DNA of 64,000 nt from Dictyostelium discoideum (lineage: Eukaryota), in contig CM000150.2 in the NCBI GenBank assembly GCA_000004695.1, forward strand, positions 2,784,001-2,848,000, in the 5' to 3' direction. Of the stretch, positions 62,309 to 64,000 are shown piece by piece. Below the pieces are notes generated by a model that was given only the letters and a program-made list of their open reading frames with translations, was not told where the DNA came from and did no database searches. Position numbers and translations under genes: made by a program. The number at the start of each line of letters is the position of its first letter. Within the stretch, counting starts at the first letter, position 1.

Positions 62309-62962
62309 TATTAATTTTTTTTTTTTTTAATAGTACTAAAAATAAAATAATAAATTCAAAAAACATAAAAATTATAAGTAGTTTACAAAAAAATGAGGGG
62401 TTGTGGGTGTGGTTGTGGGGTGTTTATTGTTACATTGATACAATAACTATCCAATCAATCTTTACCACAAAAAACAAAAATCACTTTCGATAATGTTGGA
62501 ATTTATGGTATATAATTATAATGAAATAATTATTTAATTTTGGTATTTAAACTTGAAAATAATAATAATAATAATAATAACAATAATAAAAAAAATGATA
62601 ATAAAAATAATATTTTGCTTTGTTATTACTCAACCCCAAGTTTATAGATCTTTTTTAAGATTAAAAAATAATTTTTTTAAAAAGTCATTAATTTTTTTAT
62701 TTTTTTCATTAACACAAAATAATAGTTATAATCTTGTGTGAGTTGTTTTTATTATTATTATTTTTTAAATATAATTTAATTATTATTATAATTTTTTGTT
62801 TTTTTTATTATTGAAAATGATATACGATAGTTAGTAATGGTGGTTAGTAGTATTAAAATAATGATGATGATTTTACTCTATATATAAATATATTTTTTTT
62901 TGATTTTATTAATATATTCAAACCAATTGAAATAAAAGGTAATTGAATATTAAATGTAATTT

Positions 62963-62995
<33 letters not shown>

Positions 62996-64000
62996 TTAAT
63001 AATTTTCATTTTACAACACCAATTTTAAAATAAAAAAAAACTTTTAATTTCACAGTCACAGTTTATTGTAATTTTTTTTGATATATGCAGTAGTAGTTAG
63101 AATGTAATCATTTATTATTCAAAAAGACACTCCTTACTTGGAAAAAAAGAACAGTAAAATTGTTTTTATTTGTTATTAATTTTTAATGGCATTAAAAAAA
63201 AAATTCATTCAATAAAAACTAATAAATAAATGAGGAATTTACTATAACTATCACTTATTATTTTAAATATTTATAAATAACTTTTTTTTAAAAAAAGTTA
63301 AATAAATATTTATTTTTCATAGTTTTTTTATTATTTTTATAATTTATTAAAATTATATCCCAATTTAAAAAGAATTTGAAAAATTAAAAAAATAATTTAA
63401 TAAAAAATTAATCAAATTCCTTTATTATTTTTAAATTTATTAATTTAATTAAAAAAAAATAATAAAACCAGCAAACATCCCGAATTGGAAGAGGTCATTA
63501 AAAAAAAAAAAAAAAAAAAAAAAAAATTATTTTTAATTGAATATAAATATACATATATGGTTTTATAGTAATTTAAGTATTAGAACACTTTAAAATGCAA
63601 CCTTTTAAAACATTATCCTCTACATTAATATATCACTTTGTTCCAAAGGCATCCCGGAACCAAACATCGGCAATGGAATAGTCAATGTTTCCAGCTTTCT
63701 TCAACGGAGTTTCCCTTGCAAATTTGTAATTTTGATTATTTATTAAATATCTATTGAATTTTTATTATTTTAGTGACTCAAGATGAATTAATTATTTTAA
63801 TTTTTTAATTTTTAATTATTATCCTTCATTGGTTTATATGAATTGTTTTTTTTTTTGTAAAATAAAAGTTATATTATGAAATAATATTTTATAATAGTTT
63901 TCACTATCTTTTTTTTTCACATCGAGAATCCCTAAAAGAAATAAATTTTTTGTAAAAATATTAAAATGATACCCCTTTTACCATTTTCTTATTTTGAAAA

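Overview
The window reads as nuclear DNA from a dictyostelid amoeba, most likely Dictyostelium discoideum. The evidence is very AT-rich spacers, coding poly-N and poly-Q tracts from (AAT)n and (CAA)n repeats, and short introns of about 80-200 bp with GTAAGT or GTATGT donors and AG acceptors. There is also a polyubiquitin gene carrying the Dictyostelium-type ubiquitin variant and an EF-1alpha gene with strongly biased codons. It is a gene-dense euchromatic stretch of about 25 protein-coding genes on both strands. I found no prokaryotic signatures: no CRISPR array, no operon organisation, and no recognisable IS elements or transposons.

Genes I can support from the translations:
- an F-box/WD40 protein resembling Fbxw7/Cdc4
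- porphobilinogen synthase (hemB), three exons
- a second F-box protein
- a myotubularin phosphatase with N-terminal ankyrin repeats and a GRAM domain
- EF-1alpha
- a protein with the two HxT/S motifs of the 2H phosphoesterase family
- a roughly 1000-aa protein combining an unknown N-terminal domain with a C-terminal short-chain dehydrogenase fold
- a Stealth-family protein (GlcNAc-1-phosphotransferase-like), three exons
- a cytochrome-b5 fusion front-end fatty-acid desaturase
- tryptophanyl-tRNA synthetase
- tetra-ubiquitin
- a putative GPI-anchored secreted protein
- a protein of about 2200 aa with a hyper-acidic low-complexity C-terminal half
- a protein of about 2300 aa resembling alpha-2-macroglobulin/thioester proteins, with two ubiquitin-like domains
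- a tiny lysine-rich gene that starts with ATG followed directly by an intron
- a BSD-domain protein
- a mitoferrin-like mitochondrial carrier
- proteasome subunit beta-2
- a nine-exon long-chain acyl-CoA synthetase
- a divergent actin-related protein

I derived the splice junctions by hand from the frames and consensus splice sites.

The most noteworthy non-coding items are two diverged copies of an ~80-bp repeat, one joined to the 3' half of a tRNA-like sequence that ends in a Pol III T-run; a ~330-bp tandem duplication in a promoter region; and two isolated G-rich motifs. Gene symbols are given only where the family is unambiguous.
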